From Marsupella aquatica (taxonomy: Eukaryota; Plantae; Marchantiophyta): a stretch of DNA of 64,000 nt. The notes under the pieces were generated by a model, which did not search any database, was not told the DNA's origin, and saw only the letters and a list, made by a program, of their open reading frames with translations. Positions 37,810 to 52,195 of this stretch are shown here, piece by piece. A program made the translations under genes and the position numbers. Position 1 is the stretch's first letter; each line of letters opens with the position of its first letter. The stretch lies in the NCBI GenBank assembly GCA_973895155.1, contig OZ316895.1, positions 1,815,094-1,879,093 on the forward strand, read 5' to 3'.

Positions 37810-39444
37810 GTCAATACGGGAACCCCGGGGATGCCGCCCAGATCTGTGACACCAGGGACTCCCATGGCCACCGGGCAGGTTTTACCGTTGGAGTTGCAAT
37901 CCAGGGAGGAGGCTGCCTTGTGGAAGGATACCAATCGGTGAGGGCTATGTCAGGGCTTGGCAAGCCTTGGCGGCATTGAGGAAGCAAGGGAGCATTAGCG
38001 GGAGGAGTACACCTGTGAAGAAGAAGAGAAGCGGAGTAGTCTCCACTCCAATTGAGAGCAATGAAGAGGCCAACTCACCGGGCTCAAGCCAGGGCACCGT
38101 GAGTGAGGAGGAGGAGGACTAGGGTAGCCGTACGGACTTGGTCGTACGACCTCTGGATTTTGAAACTTATCGGAAGTGGGCACTCATGGGCTTGATGGAA
38201 ATAGTTTGCAGAGCTCATTCCAATAAGAGGCAGCGCTCCTCAAACGGAGCCAGGATGAGTAAGTTAGGGTCCAACGAAGTTGGTAAGTACGTGAAACTAA
38301 AACGACCATAACTTGGTCATCCGACGTCCATTTTGGGAGCAGTTTGGCGATTCATGATCAAGAGAAGTAGGGCTACCCAGGGGTGAGCTCAGGGGTGAAA
38401 TCAGAATGGCACCTAGTTTCGGCAATTGTGGGGTCTCTTGCATTTTTGCGGTTCACGGAGCGATGTTGGGGCGCTATTGAAGGCACTGTCGGTCCCATTG
38501 TTAGATTAGGGTTTTAGGAGCATGTGTGTGCTGCATGATTTAGGATTAGGGATTTCTTTCGTGAAGGGTTTTAGCGGCGCCGCTAGGGTAGCCGCCATCT
38601 TTGTGACCCCGTGAGGCGTGCTTTGGTGTGTTTGTTTTCAGTATTTAGGGGGAGAGCCCCGGAGTAGTGTGGGGGGGAACTCAGCGTAGTGCTTTGATGC
38701 TTTTGAGTAGCTTTTGTGAGTAGCGCACTGATTAGGGGAAGTCCAAGCCAGAGTATTGAGGTGGAGAACGTAGCACTTGTCCCCGGGAGGCAGGAGTTGG
38801 GCAGACGGCAGGAGGGCGGGTTGTCCTTGCATGTGTTACGGGAAACACCAAGAGATATAGATTTGGCTTGAGGTCCCAATATTTTGTGTGTCACTTGTTG
38901 TTGCTTGTGTTGTTTGTTTTCCTCCCCTAGTGCATGTGGTCGGTTTTGTCGTGGAAACATTTACAGGCCCTTGTCACTAGTGTTCAAATCTTATTGTAAA
39001 TGTTTGTATGCTTGCCCATGAGAGGGGGGTGGTGACAGCACTCACCCGGTGGGCATGAGTTGTAGATGGTAGGACCAGTCCCTTGGACTTGATCAAAAAT
39101 GGAGAGACCAGTCGGTAGACTTGATCAAAAAGTACACTTCCGGGAGCGGAATCAAACATACTCATCCTTAGGTGTGGAAATCCTCCCAATAGCGTCCCTC
39201 CACGACCCCGTAATACGATACCAATAGTTTAAGCGAAGAAAAGTACAGTTTGCACGTATTAATTGTTGGATAGGCAAGTGACAAAGAAACCTGAAAAGTA
39301 TTATCTTAGTCTTCTCCAACATTCAGATTCAGTAGTACAGAAAATACTCACTTTATGAGGAATATTCCATCTGAGTCACAAAAAATATTTATTTAAATGC
39401 AAACAAGAATATTCTAAGGTTTAATATGGGCCCCTCGGCATAGT

Positions 39445-39830
39445 TGTTAAACGACTGGCACAAAAAAACAAAAAAAAATAAGGAACAACACTAGAGAAAT
39501 GAAAAGAAAAGAGGGAGGATACATAGTTCACCTCTCAGTCTCCAGACTCAGGCTGTGTTCATGGGAACACACAAGGGAACTTTACTAAACTCCGAGTCTG
39601 TTGACCATGACAAATCTCCAGAGACTAAGCTCTTATTATCTCATAGATGGCCCCTTAACAATGAACCTGAGTAAGTTTCACAGTTTACTATCCACTAATT
39701 GAGTCTTTCTAGTGACTATAGTGGTGGCACATCAATCTAATCTTAACCAAGTAACTGTCTACAGTTAGACCTTGGTTAGGCTAACCACGGTTACACAATA
39801 ACTCCAAACCCAAGTCAGAGTGAATGTCCA
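39445..39830 (-). mobile_element. Highly diverged LTR related to the window's Copia family (boundaries approximate)
   Basis: GATACATAGTTCACCTC..GGGAACACACAAGGGAACTTTACT..TAACAATGAACCTGAGT match the conserved LTR blocks in the same order. Confidence 0.55.
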
Positions 39831-40037
39831 TTCCAATGGGCTGGGCGAGTAGTACTTTGAATTCACCACCATTCAAAATGTTTGGCTAACATGAGATGGA
39901 GGAACTACTATTAATAGTTTTTCGTGTTGCAATAATAAGAACTTAATCTGGAATGAAATCTCTCCCATGAAAGTCAATGGTCTGGAATGAAGATTGACAT
40001 TTTCAGTTTATGTTTGAAAGATCAATGGAGGCTAATG

Positions 40038-40330
40038 TGTTTTGAGTATTGCTCTTAGTCTTGTGACTCTAGAGCTAACCGCAATTAGGCTAACTCAGGT
40101 TAGGACTTAACTTCTAGGTTAGCAGTGATGCATGATGTATATAACCAGGGCTGATACCGGCCCCTGGTGGATCTTCAGTTCATTGTTGGAGTTGGGCAAG
40201 AGAAAAGTAAAGGTCTCTTGCTTTCTCGTGGACGTAGCCTCAGTCGAGAGTGAACCACGTACTGTGTCGCCTACTGTATGGTGTTCACATGTGCAGCCAT
40301 GGTGTCTTGGGATAAGGATTATCCCCAACA
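40038..40330 (+). mobile_element. Diverged LTR, opposite orientation, same subtype as LTR 35270-35613
   Basis: TATTGCTCTTAGTCTTGTGACTC..TTAGGCTAACTCAGGTTAGGACTTA..CCCTGGTGGA..GTGGACGTAGCCTCA..GTGAACCACGTA matches the reverse complement of 35270-35613 with an internal deletion. No clear TSD. Confidence 0.75.
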
Positions 40331-42636
40331 ATCTGGACAGCCTCCATGATTGAAGGAAAAACCAGTCTGCCCTCATTTGATTTGACAAGTTAACAAAATT
40401 GCAACCTAGTTTGACATAATTCATGTGTACCTCAACTGTTTGGCATTTGATTCCACAAGCCAGTTCAAATGTTGTTATGGCGCTCATTGGTGCTTACCTG
40501 TACATGAGTTTAGGAGCAGAAGAGCTAGGGCTAAAGCCGCCTGTAGAGCATCTACAAAAAAGGAATAGCAAAAGGTAACAGTATCGTACTGATGAGTCAA
40601 GGACCCGAAGACCTGCTGGACATAAGAACTCGGGTGGAAGCTCTAAATTGAAGGGTGACCCTACATGACTCGATGCCACACACTACTCTTCACGGGGTGA
40701 ACCTGTAAACCAAGTGCCATCAATTTGAGTGAAAGGGTGACTAGGGCAGAAGCAAATTGATCAGATGTACATGGGGATGTCAAAAGTGAAGGGAAGATAC
40801 ACTAGGGGTGGGCAGTGGCCATGCATTGCCCATGAAGCGGTAAAATGGGCAAAGGCATAAAGAGGTTCATCCAAAAGGTCGCCTTGGCATGTACATTCTG
40901 CACAAGAAATAGTGGTGTACACTCTGGTGGAGGTGTGAGATTATACAAGAGGGGAGTCTCAAAACCAAAGATTATACAAGAGGGGAGTCTCAAAGCCAAA
41001 AAAAACACTGGATATTAGATTAGAGATCAGGATGTGCTGCTCTCAATGCACCTAGAGTACAAGGTACCAAATTAATGATTGGATATTGCAAAACAATACC
41101 GCAACAAATGTGAAAGATTCAAGATCATGGTAAAAAAACTCACCAACAGCAATGGGGGCAAACTCCCCATGAAGTGTTAGCTTTGGCTAAGGAACGAGAT
41201 ATGACCAAAATCTGAGAGGTTGACCAAAGGACTGAAGCTCAACCTTCCTGACCCCCACTGTTTTTAGAGGAATAGCATGGACTGGTGGTTTTGGTGGTCT
41301 ATTTGGCCTGATTGACCTTGCTTGTTTGGGGTGACTTGGCGCCCCTAGGTCCTCTTTGGACTGGTGTTTTTGGTCTCTGCTTGCGTGGGCGGCTCTGCCC
41401 CCCACTTGATATCAAGCCTTTTCTAAGAAAGAAAAAAAGCAACCTCCCCTCCTACATTACACTCCCAAAAGGAAAAGATCCAAGGGTGCACCTTAATTCT
41501 ACCTTAAAAAGCATAATCCTACAGCTTTTTGGGTTGTTGTGGGAGAGCCCCCTAAGGTTAGAGTCCGTACGTAGTATACAGGAGCCCTTCGCCAAAATAT
41601 ATGGGCCACTAGACCTACAGTATAGGCGTGACAATAACATCCAACCAATGAAGACCCATCTTATACCTATTCATTCATCATTGGTCCGCAACTTGAGGCT
41701 ATTAAATTTATAAAGTCTAGAAAGTACACAAGATATCAGAGTACGCCACCGCTGTGGGCGAGTCACCGCAAGACATCATTCCTCGATCTCGTTCTCGGTA
41801 GTCAACTTCCATTATGGGCCATTACATACCAGTGTTGTCGCCGCGCATTATGGACTCGTGACTCGTTAGGCTCCACTACAATAACTGGGAGCCTTTTACT
41901 GGCTACAGTCCAGTGATCGGGAAAGTGCAGCCAGTGGTTCCTAATAGAAAGAACTTTATTGCGTTCGACGACCCTCGGATGATGTCGATTGAGGCTTTGC
42001 CGGAAATGCTTAAAATTTTAGGACGATGTGCCATAAATTTAACCAAATCAGTGAACATGACATGACACAAACATCCTGCGACACACCTCTGTGGACAAGC
42101 GTGGAGTCATACCAGAACGAACGATACGTTTGGTGAAAGCCAGCACGAAGTAGTGAAACGTTACCGGTACCGTATAAGCTACGCATGTGACCGCCAGCAT
42201 CGAACGCGAGCGGAGTGCCTCTCGAGTCCAGCTGTTGGGGCAGTTGAGCTACAGATATGTTTCTACAGTGACTTCAGTCCCTTTAGGCACCCAACCTCTC
42301 TGCTCGCAGACCGAGCGCGTCTTGCAATAAATTGAAGAGCTGGCTTATTTGCGCTGGTGGCTCCTTGTTCATATGGAAAGACAACACAGAGAGTGTTCTG
42401 TGATTGGTCGAACCTAGCAATCACCTCTACTTAAAAGGTGAAGAAGGCGGGGACGGACACCAAAGTTTTATTATGGTCTGTTGTTGAATATAGAGGAGAT
42501 CAAGCACGAAGGCAAGTAGGCAAGCAGTTAGGGAGGCAGCCAGGAGGCGGTATTTGCTAAGGAACGGGAGGAACAGAAGCTGTGGGCGGGAGCAGAGAAA
42601 ATTGAGCGGAGCATTAAAAGCAAATAGGACCAAATA

Positions 42637-45600
42637 ATGGCGAGCAAGTGGAATTCCGACAGGAACGAGAATGAGGTGCCTTTACTGGAAGACGAAATGC
42701 TGTACCCGAATTGTCCCGGCTGCAAATGTGCTTATCTGTCTGCTAAAGGCGCTGGCCCGCCCGTGAAGGAGTTGTTCATGATCTCATCAGTGGTCTTGTG
42801 CAATGGTAAGGATTTCGTGATTGTCGTATGAATTGCGAGGACTTTAAAGAGTAATTTCATCAGGAAAATTGTCTTTGAACATGATGTGGTAATGTAGTAA
42901 TATAGTAATGTAGAGACTACTGTTCTAAACATCCTTTCAAGCACTTTGTTTAATATTTACGGCCCGCTTATAGGATGGAGCTAAGTTTAGTAGCACTCGG
43001 AGGTATGTAGCTCGCTTCGAATAGCTGGCTACGAATGTAATTGTGCTGAGTTGGTTTCATGGATTGGTCGCCAAGATCAGCCATTTTATCTTAGGGAGAA
43101 ATTGAACGAAAAGACTTTTGACTTCGAATTGTTAGAGAATTTAGATTTCCGTCGCTTACCTGGCTCTCCGTGAACAGATCATTTTGATATTGTCAATGAA
43201 AGGCTCCTAAAAATGTCCACGGGAATCTTGGACGAATGAGTGAAAGGGAGAGTAAATTTTCACGATTGGAGGCGATGATCTCGAAACTTTCTCAGCTTAA
43301 TTTATTGCACATGTAGTTTTCCGTATCAATTAAGTATTTGGGGTGTTTGTAAGGAACTTGCAAGGTGTCCTGTCTTTCAACCAGATCAGTCAAAGGAAAC
43401 CAAGTCTATTGTGCTTAGCCTCGTCCGAGTGGGTGGGTGACCTCCACAGGTCCGCGTTGCTTAAACAATTTCTTTAGTAAAAAATTGAGAGTGAGGTACA
43501 TGAAGGTGCATATTGCATTTCTCCGCCGCATGAATGTTTTGCTTACTTAGCCCGCCACCGAGGGACCATCAAGCTATTAAAGTTGGTGTTGCAGAGTGCG
43601 TGCCAGAATGCAAGGTGGCCGATCGTGTAGTTAAGGCATCCTGCACGATACAATTTATTGTCTACTGGCGAGATCCTTAAAACGACTCGGCCCTGGAGAA
43701 GTGCGATGATCCACATGAAGGAATGGAGGTAGGAAGGTTCTCCCTTGGTATAAGAGGGAGCTGTTGGTGCAACCGGTATCTCTTCTTCCACATTTGGGTT
43801 TTAACTCTGCTGGAATTACTGATTTCTTCCTGGATTTTAGTCTCTGAAGGGCTAACCTCCCGATACTTAATCGACTAAATCGACTAAATGCGAAATGAAA
43901 TTCCTCGATGCGCCGAGCGTGAATAGTTCTCCTATCGTTATTCCGACCTCTTGGTATCAATTTCAAGATGATCTGTTCCCAGATAGCCCGTGAATTACAA
44001 CCACTGAATAGGCTTTGTGCCATGAATTTGTCGGTCGATTTGTAGTGGTGGCACGAATTGACACCTTTGTTGGTTGTTCTGTTGTGCAGCCTTACCAATT
44101 TCTTCGTTGTTAGCTTTCCTTTACTTCATGGTACGTTACCCCAAATTTCTGAATTCGTTAGCCAAATATACTAGATGGTCGATGCCGGTACCCGTTGGCC
44201 ACAAATAAAAGGAATGTTTGATAGTGTTCCCGTCAGTTACTATGATGGCTTGTGTCCTTTTCGTAATTCGGAAGTCTTTGACAAAGTGAATGAGGGTACA
44301 TACTTGACAATGTACTGGAACATCGGGTTGGTCTGAAAGCGTTCCTGGATCAATTTCTGAATGGAATGGACAATGATCTATTCAACTGTACGCTACGACG
44401 ATACAAAGACCGGGGGTACAGGAGGTAGTGCCATCGTCTTCGTATCTTCAGAGGCATGTATCAATGTATGTTGGACTAACAGCTTGTCTAAATCCGATGC
44501 GGGTCTTTCGTTTATGAACAGATAGACGATTTTCATGTAGCAAAGAGGACAGAGGACATCGGTTATTACGCTGGTGCTGTCGGTGAGTTCTTGAAGCACA
44601 GAGCGTTTTCAAAAGTTTTATCTGATCAATATCTGTCACATTGTGAAGCTGTTTTATATTGAACTAGAACTGTATCAAAAGCTCTCCAGCGGAGGAGAGC
44701 TTTGCATATCCTCTATTTGATCGCTTGGTGGCCTTGGATGCAGTATCTGTATTTATGGTCGGTCGAGTCCTCAGTTCCGTGGCTTGGGGAATGGTTGCTG
44801 ACAAATATGGACGGAGATCTGTATTTTTTCTAGGTCTCCTATCAATGTAAGCAATTTTCTGATAGCAACTCGCTGCCTGTTTTTACTCTTCGTATGCGTC
44901 ACTTGCCTAGTTCATGCCATGCATTTTAGAGCTTGATGAATTGTCTTCTCCGTCTCAGTATCGTACTTCAACCTGTGTTCGGGGCGTCCAAGAAATACTG
45001 GATCGCATTTGTAGCTCGATTCTTGCTCGGAGTCTTCAACGGTATGCTTGGGCCCCTCAAGGTGAGAATTGTTGCACCTAGTTGTTAGTTTCTGCATAGC
45101 TTGTTTAGTCGTCCTAGAGTCTCGAGAACTCTCACATTCCGTCAATTCTCCTTCCTGTTATTTCATACTTTTGTCCGATTCGTAACCGTAGGAATTGGTG
45201 CAAGACGGCTTTCTAATGTCAGCAATACCAACGGGTAGTCTTCCGCCCGAGAATCACGCGAAACGGCTTTCCAATCGGATGCGCAATATTTAGCAGAAGA
45301 GTCGTCCGGGGACAAGATTGCTGGACATGCCTGGTATTGGATATTGAAAGTTCGCTGGATGGTTCTCATTTTTCAAAAACTCACATTGTTTTATTGGTTG
45401 GTGGCCGGTTTCTTCAGGCGTATGCGTCGGAGATTTGTAGCCCAGAAAGTCAAGCATGGGGACTGAACGTCGTAAGTTTCCGTTCTTATTTCAACTATTA
45501 ATATGGTTTTGGAGGTTGCTAGAATAAGTGTATTGTGCATAAAATTCGGACCTGTAGAAATTAGAATGCCCTCGATCTATCCATTGGGAGCTTATCAATG

Positions 45601-48600
45601 AGACATTCCTTTTTGTTCATGCGTATTATTGAGGGAAGCGAGAGATAATATTATAATTCTGTTGTGATCAATCTTGCAGGTTAGTACCAGTTGGAGTCTC
45701 GGTCTGATCGTTGGCCCAGCCCTGGGTGGTTTTCTTTCGAGGGTTTGTGTTTTCTACTGTCCATTATCTAAATACCGGTTACTAGTTGTGCTGAAGTTGA
45801 TAATTGACGAAGAGTGTGTTTTTCAATTGGAATAATCAACTTGTCGAAAGAATTGAATCATATTGTGACTGCGAGTATTGGTAAACTCAATATGTTTGAA
45901 TATAGTTCTGGGTAGTGGCAATTCCAGCACACTATGGCTGACAGATTGAAGGATTAATGTTACCTATGACTTCATATGACGAACATAGCGTTTTCTCTAA
46001 AGTTTTTGGGTCTTTATATCTGATCTTTGCTTTCTGATCTTTGCAGCCTGTCATTAATTATCCTGGAATTTTCAGCGAGGACTCCATATTTGCCTCGTAA
46101 GTCGCATCTGATTTGCTCTCATCTATATATGTCGTTAGTTTTCCTGAATTTTTAGCTAGGACTCAATTAGCCTTAGAAGTAATGATATTTTACCCCACAA
46201 TTTTGTGGCTGACTTAGTGGGGCCATGATGCCGTACAATGATTTGGTCTATAGTTCATGAGTTTCAGTTGTATTCTGAAGTTCTGAAGTTGAGACGTCGT
46301 TTTCAACCAGTATGGTCTATCCTTCATGTTGTAGGCTTCAATAATTAAATAAATCCTTCACCTTCTTTGGCTGGACGAGGTTGGTGGCAGCTGTGACTTA
46401 AATAGAAGTATGTTTTTGCTACAATAATGACTTGGATGTTGAGTTTCTTCTTACACTTGATGAGGGAGTCCTCCTCACCTATCATCTCCTTGCCTGCCTC
46501 CGATATTGATCTGTGGTGTTGATGCAGGTATCCTTATCTACTCCCGTCTCTTGTCCAAGCCGGGTTTTCTGTCTTTGAGTTGGGGGTCGTGTATTACCTT
46601 CCAGTATGTTTCTCCTCCTTTACTTTCTCGTTCTTGTTCTAAGATCATTGAGATGTATAGCGTAAGTACCCTACGAAGTAAATTTGCAAATTCTCTGCGA
46701 TTGTGTTTCAGCAAAGCACAAAGCATTCCTCATCTTCAGTTGGGGGCAGCAAATTCTAAGGAAAATATATACGCAGGAAACTATCCACAAACATGGCGAG
46801 GAGAGCCCCCCTGATGTTGAGCAGACGTTGGTTGAGAGCGTAAAATCTGAGAAATCTTCTCTGTGGCGAAATTGGCCTCTGATGGCATCTGTGGCCTTCT
46901 ACTGTGTTTGGTCGCTCCATGAAATATCATTCTCCGAGGTGCGTATGTTCAATGACTGTCAGATCCTGTATAATAGTGTCCGCTAGGAATTTTAGATAGA
47001 ACAGTCGTATGGGTACATTTCGGCAGTTTTATTGACTTTGTAATCCGGGCGCTGGTTTGGCTGCCATGACACTACGACAAACCCTTGCGATTCTTGTTCC
47101 ACGACTCTGTTCCAAATTTTGTTTTATGTAAATTGTCAATTCTTGTGTGCTGAGACGTGAAACTGCCTGAACTCGCAGATATTCGCAATGTGGTGTGTAA
47201 GCCCTACGGAAACCGGGGGACTGGCCTTAAAGTCTTCAGACGTTGGGACAATCCTGGCCATATCAGGTGTGATTGCTGGACTCGCTGTTCGACAAACTCC
47301 TGATGCAAGATTATCCATTCGAGATAAGCATTGAAAGATGTGCCATTCTGATTTACCGAAAAGACTAGCGAAACAGAAACAGAACAATTGAACTAATCCA
47401 CGGTTGCATCCAGCTGGAGTATTGCTCACCTTTGTTTCCTGTCCTCGCACCATTCTAACACTCACCGTTTCTGCTGTTGTGTTGAGAAGGCTTCGGGATG
47501 CTTTGCGTCCAATTGGCTCTATTCCCCCCCCTATCTAAGCGCTTGGGCGCCATTTTGGCCACGCGTGCTCCAACGGTATGATATTCTTTTAGTGTCCTTT
47601 CTTCTGCAGTTTTCTACCGCACATTCCCCCTGCGTCCTTCTCTGCTCGATCTTGAAAGGTCCGAAAGCAAACATCTTGATGCTATATTGTGTGCGGATGC
47701 TTAACAGATGTTGGTGATACCGGTTGTTGCATTATTCCCCCTCATGCCGTATCTTCACGGACATCTGCAATGGTTGTCTATCAACGTACTGGCGCTGCTG
47801 CGGAACAGCTCGAGTGTAAGTAATCGGTCACTGCTGTCTTTTATACAATCTGTTACATAAGCGAACACATTTCATACAGCAGATGAACGAATCAAGATGA
47901 TTGCTATCAGTGATTATCTTTCTACATTAATGGGCAGTATTGGCTTCCAGTAGCTTGGGTGTTGTGCTAACGTTTGTGATAGTAAATTACGCAGGCAATG
48001 GCAGTGACGGCATCCTTTATGCTGGTGAATAACGCCGTGGTATGTAGAATTTAATTAGGCGGTCCCCCTTTTTCCGTGTTCCATTCTCAACTCTGTGTTA
48101 TTTTGGATTGCCGTTTAGTTTTTCCGAGGTTTTCGTGTTGACGTGGCGCTGGTTGAACTTTGCAGCCAACGGAACATCGCGGAGCTGCCAATGGAATTTC
48201 TCTCAGCTGTGTATCGGTTTTCAGAGCTATAGGACCTGCTGTGGGCGGTGCAGTGTACGTCACTGACGCCATGTGTATTGTCCCCACTATGTCTGTTGTA
48301 AAGTCACAGAGCAAAGCTGCCCTTCCATGAAGTCCCGCCGTGTTGAGAAGATGCTCCTCATATTGTCTACTCGAAGTTTTGGACTGATTTCGCAGTATCC
48401 TTGTGTTTGGTTTCTTATGGAATTTTGATGTTTGTGCATTATTTTATGCAGTTTCGCTTGGAGCCAGAGTCGACGCAATGCAAAATTCCTTCCAGGTAAT
48501 GTTTTCATGGATTTATTCAGCGCAGTTCTCCATGCTGGTTCTGGAGCACGCCAATCCTTGTACAATACTGGAATCAATTTCTAATTGTTACCTGTCGGAC

Positions 48601-48820
48601 ATATTTGTTGTCGAAGATTGCACTACTAAACATCAACATTTCTTTTTACACTGCAGGTAGTCAGATTGTATTTGCCATGCTGGACTTAATTTGCGTGGCA
48701 GCTCTGTTCATAACGTTTCCACCCATTTTGCCGAAGCATCTCGACAAACCGTACTCCGAGTTCCATGCTGAAGAATGTCGCGAAGTCAAGGACAAGGAAA
48801 ACATCCCTATCCTTCAATAG
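42637..48820 (+). CDS. ZIFL: ZINC INDUCED FACILITATOR-LIKE MFS transporter, 17 exons
   Basis: Exons approx. 42637-42805, 44089-44129, 44522-44582, 44744-44846, 44959-45061, 45418-45471, 45680-45742, 46047-46096, 46528-46603, 46777-46938, 47179-47266, 47490-47575, 47708-47814, 47995-48039, 48166-48254, 48452-48495, 48657-48820. Motifs YPNCPGCK, LPISSL..FLYFM, EDIGYYAG, WGMVADKYGRR, GLIVGPALGG, RGAANGIS, AIGPAVGG. Confidence 0.92.
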
Positions 48821-51800
48821 TGTTCCACAATTTCTGGGTAAGGGCTGCAGTCATGAGGGGTTCCGTGCCTTGAATCGGGTCGTCTGGCGTTGGAGAGAGT
48901 TACACTCATGCCAACTTGAGGATCTCAAGCTGTGCAGGCGAGGTGAATTTTGCAGACGAAGAATTGCACAAGTTTCGAGATAAAGTAGTTCAGCAGGCAC
49001 TCCATTGATCGTCGGTAACTATTTAGCGACAAATTCTTTCGAAAGGGTCTATGGTCGTAGAGGCTAATTCGACCAGAATGTGTCGAGTTGCCCATATTTT
49101 TGACACAAATTGATGAGAAGAGTAGAAAGTCTGAAATTATTGTAATTATGTGGACATCAGGTGGGAGAGAGTAACTGTCATAAATGTTCCATTGAGATGC
49201 TTTACTCCAACACTAAAACCCAAACCGAGAGCCGAAGCGAGCGTTTCACACCCACAAGGTGTTGAATTGTATTCCTACAAATTAATTATATGAAGAAAAG
49301 AATTGCCTCTACAAAGGTGTTACGTTCACATCGTCGTCTTCAAACTTCAAACATTTGGGTATACTAGCATCCTTTGCTCGTAATGCCAAATTCTAGGGAG
49401 AAACTCCAGTACATTTGACTTTTGAAAATTCTACTTTCCACACGATTCATTAAAGGATACATCGGTACCTGGAATGAATGTCAATTCACACAAAAGTTTC
49501 CCTCGTCAAACTTTGAGATTTCATCACTCAACAACAGCAATTTTATGACCAAGACTTGAGATAGCTTTATGGGCCAATTCCAAGGAGTGGGAAAGCACGG
49601 CCTCGGCAGTAAGAAATTTGGGTGTCGGGAGTCCCGAGAGCAACTCTACAGCTAGAGCAAGCTAAATTAATACTATTAAGGAAAGGATCACGGATGCTAG
49701 CTTGCATCCATGGTTGCTTGGGAGATCGAACAGAGAGTTGGGGCAAGGGTTCAAAGACATGGAATGGACGTTGGGAGCGATGGCTTGCGGAAAACAGTAG
49801 GGTGGAAGTCCAGTTGTTGCATCACCCTCAGCTAGAGAAGGCTATATCCAGGGTGCCCAAAATGTTCCAAAGCTATAGGACGTCAACCCGCCCAACCTCC
49901 GCTTCTTCTCCCATGAGTCTTTAACCTCGTTTTCCCCAATTAGCGAGTCCATGTGTCGAAATCTTGTTCCCTGATTGCATTGCTCACCATCGCTAGGAAA
50001 CTGCACAAAGCGGTATCATCAATCACTTCAATTTCAGAAACAACCGTACTAAAGCACTTTAGCAGTCATCAATGCCCGCTCGTCTCCGTCGACACTTGGC
50101 CGAGTGCGGCATGAAATATCATTTCATTATGTTGTGGTCACCGTTCTCGGAAATGTTGATAGTATCAACTTGTTGCCAAACAGTTTTGTCAAAGTTTCAG
50201 TGAATACTTGAACGGAGTTAGACTGAGGGTATGTGTGGATTATTAGGTGATTGGAGAGTTAGGCGCTTCTAGCTCCGTGACACCTCCGAACGGAGTTAGA
50301 CTGAGGATTTGCGTGCTGTCTATGGAGAGATCCCGCCTATAGATATCAGCAAAAAGCATTTTCGGCCAGCTGTGATAGAACATGATCTTCATATGGTTGC
50401 CACCATCCAATCTCTAATTGATTATCTCCCAATGTCGGGTACTCTTATTTTACCAATGATAGTCAGTCCATGTACAAATGCGTGGTATTCCACTTCACCA
50501 GTGTCTGAAAAAGCTGACCGGGTGGTCTGCCTACTGACTCAGTGTCGAACAAGAGTGGCCAGACGGCCTCTGAAGGAATGCGTCCAGCAGTGGGCATGCA
50601 GATTACAGGCCATAAATCTCAGGGGGCTTACAGCAGGTCGATCGTTCAGTCGATGCCCAATGCAAGTTAGAGCTGCTCAGCCGTGCACTGGTGCACTCAG
50701 GGAGAGACTATTCTGTGAATGTGAAAGTTAAGAGGAGACTGGCCTTTCCAAAGAGAAGGTGATTGGACGAGCTGCGGAGAAGCTGGCAACAAGGAGGACG
50801 AAGAAAATGAGAATCTAGCGAACATCGAGGTGGAAAATTGAAGAATCTGATGGGTAGTTTTTTGTTGTAGATTTCTAGAGGGTCTGGCTGATGAATATAT
50901 GCTAGAATCTTGGTTGGTTATGAGCTATGAGTGAGATGGGTCAGATGGGTGAATCAGTTTTAAACCAGCAGTCTACAGATCCAACTAAAGTGGTGCTTTT
51001 GCGTAAGTCACCAACCCCTATTCACGTGAAGAACTGGTTGAGGATGTGAATTAACCTCGCGATTCCGGGGCTGACATATAATGTGCAGATGCATACTGAT
51101 CACTCAGATGATGGACGCATCGGATGGGATGGTATCAGCGGTGGTATGAGATGGGGTGGTATCGAAGGATGGATGTTAAGACGTGTGGATGGAGTTAGTA
51201 TTTTGAATGGGAGAGCTATATGCTGCCCTGGGATCGTCGACCTGTTCAGAACGTACGTGAACCCGATGCAGGCTGTGTTGGGTCCAATTCACACTGACCA
51301 CCTTCACAATTAATGTCAGCATTGTTTTATTTACGAAATCTTTGAAGTCCGGACGATACTCTTGAGAGCAGTCACACTTTTAGTTATAAATTAGATGACC
51401 GTTTGATTCGAATTTAGACAGTTACTCAGGGTATACACAGCATTTGACACTACAGCAGGGAGCTACAATTTCTGTCATCCAGATAAGCCCTTGACATGGA
51501 TAATGCAAATTCATACGAGGACATTGATTCTCTCGATTTATTTCGCAAGAGGGCATATTCTGTTTGTAGTTTTTTCCCGAGTCAGTGCCAAATTCATTCA
51601 GATGTTGTGTTCTATAAATCAATAAATTCTCTTTCCACAGCTTCCACTTCTACTTCCAGAATACAATTTTGAATTTTGGCGTCTGTATTGAGCTGGAATG
51701 GATAAAGTCGGCTCAAATTGGATCAATGCATTTTTGGAGTGGGGCGTCCCGAATTGAGCTGGAATGAATGAGCTGGACGGGCGGCCTTCCAGCTCAGCAG

Positions 51801-52195
51801 GAGGCCCTGATGAGCTGGAAATAGACTGCATAAAACGACCGTCGAGCCTATAAAATGACGCCAACATTTTATAAGAAATAATCCCAGAAACTTTTAGTGA
51901 GTGTTCCAACTTCACTTTTAATTAGTAATTGCTCTTAGGAGAGGAGAAGAGATTACCGGTGTGGAACCATTTGTGCACGGGGCGTGCTATAGTCATAATC
52001 TGCTGTCCTGAAAAGTCGAGCAGGTAACTTCTTTCTGGGCAAGAGTTATGTACGCTAATGCAGGGAAGGGCTGGGGTTATAAATTGTAACCGGCTCCCGG
52101 AAATCAATATTCAAAGAAGCTTTCTGGCTGCCGTCAGTCAATTTCTTTTCATATTTCGTACGCAAGATTACAGCCTAGTAACCCTGCGCCCAGAC

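Noticed and set aside
43690-43792. Possible miRNA-like hairpin in ZIFL intron 1 (GAGGGAGCT resembles part of miR159/319)
   Set aside because: Pairing is short and interrupted, with no 21-nt match to the known mature sequence.
49622-51915. ORFs of 76-140 aa between ZIFL and the Copia element
   Set aside because: Non-ATG starts, no motifs and no consistent splice structure.
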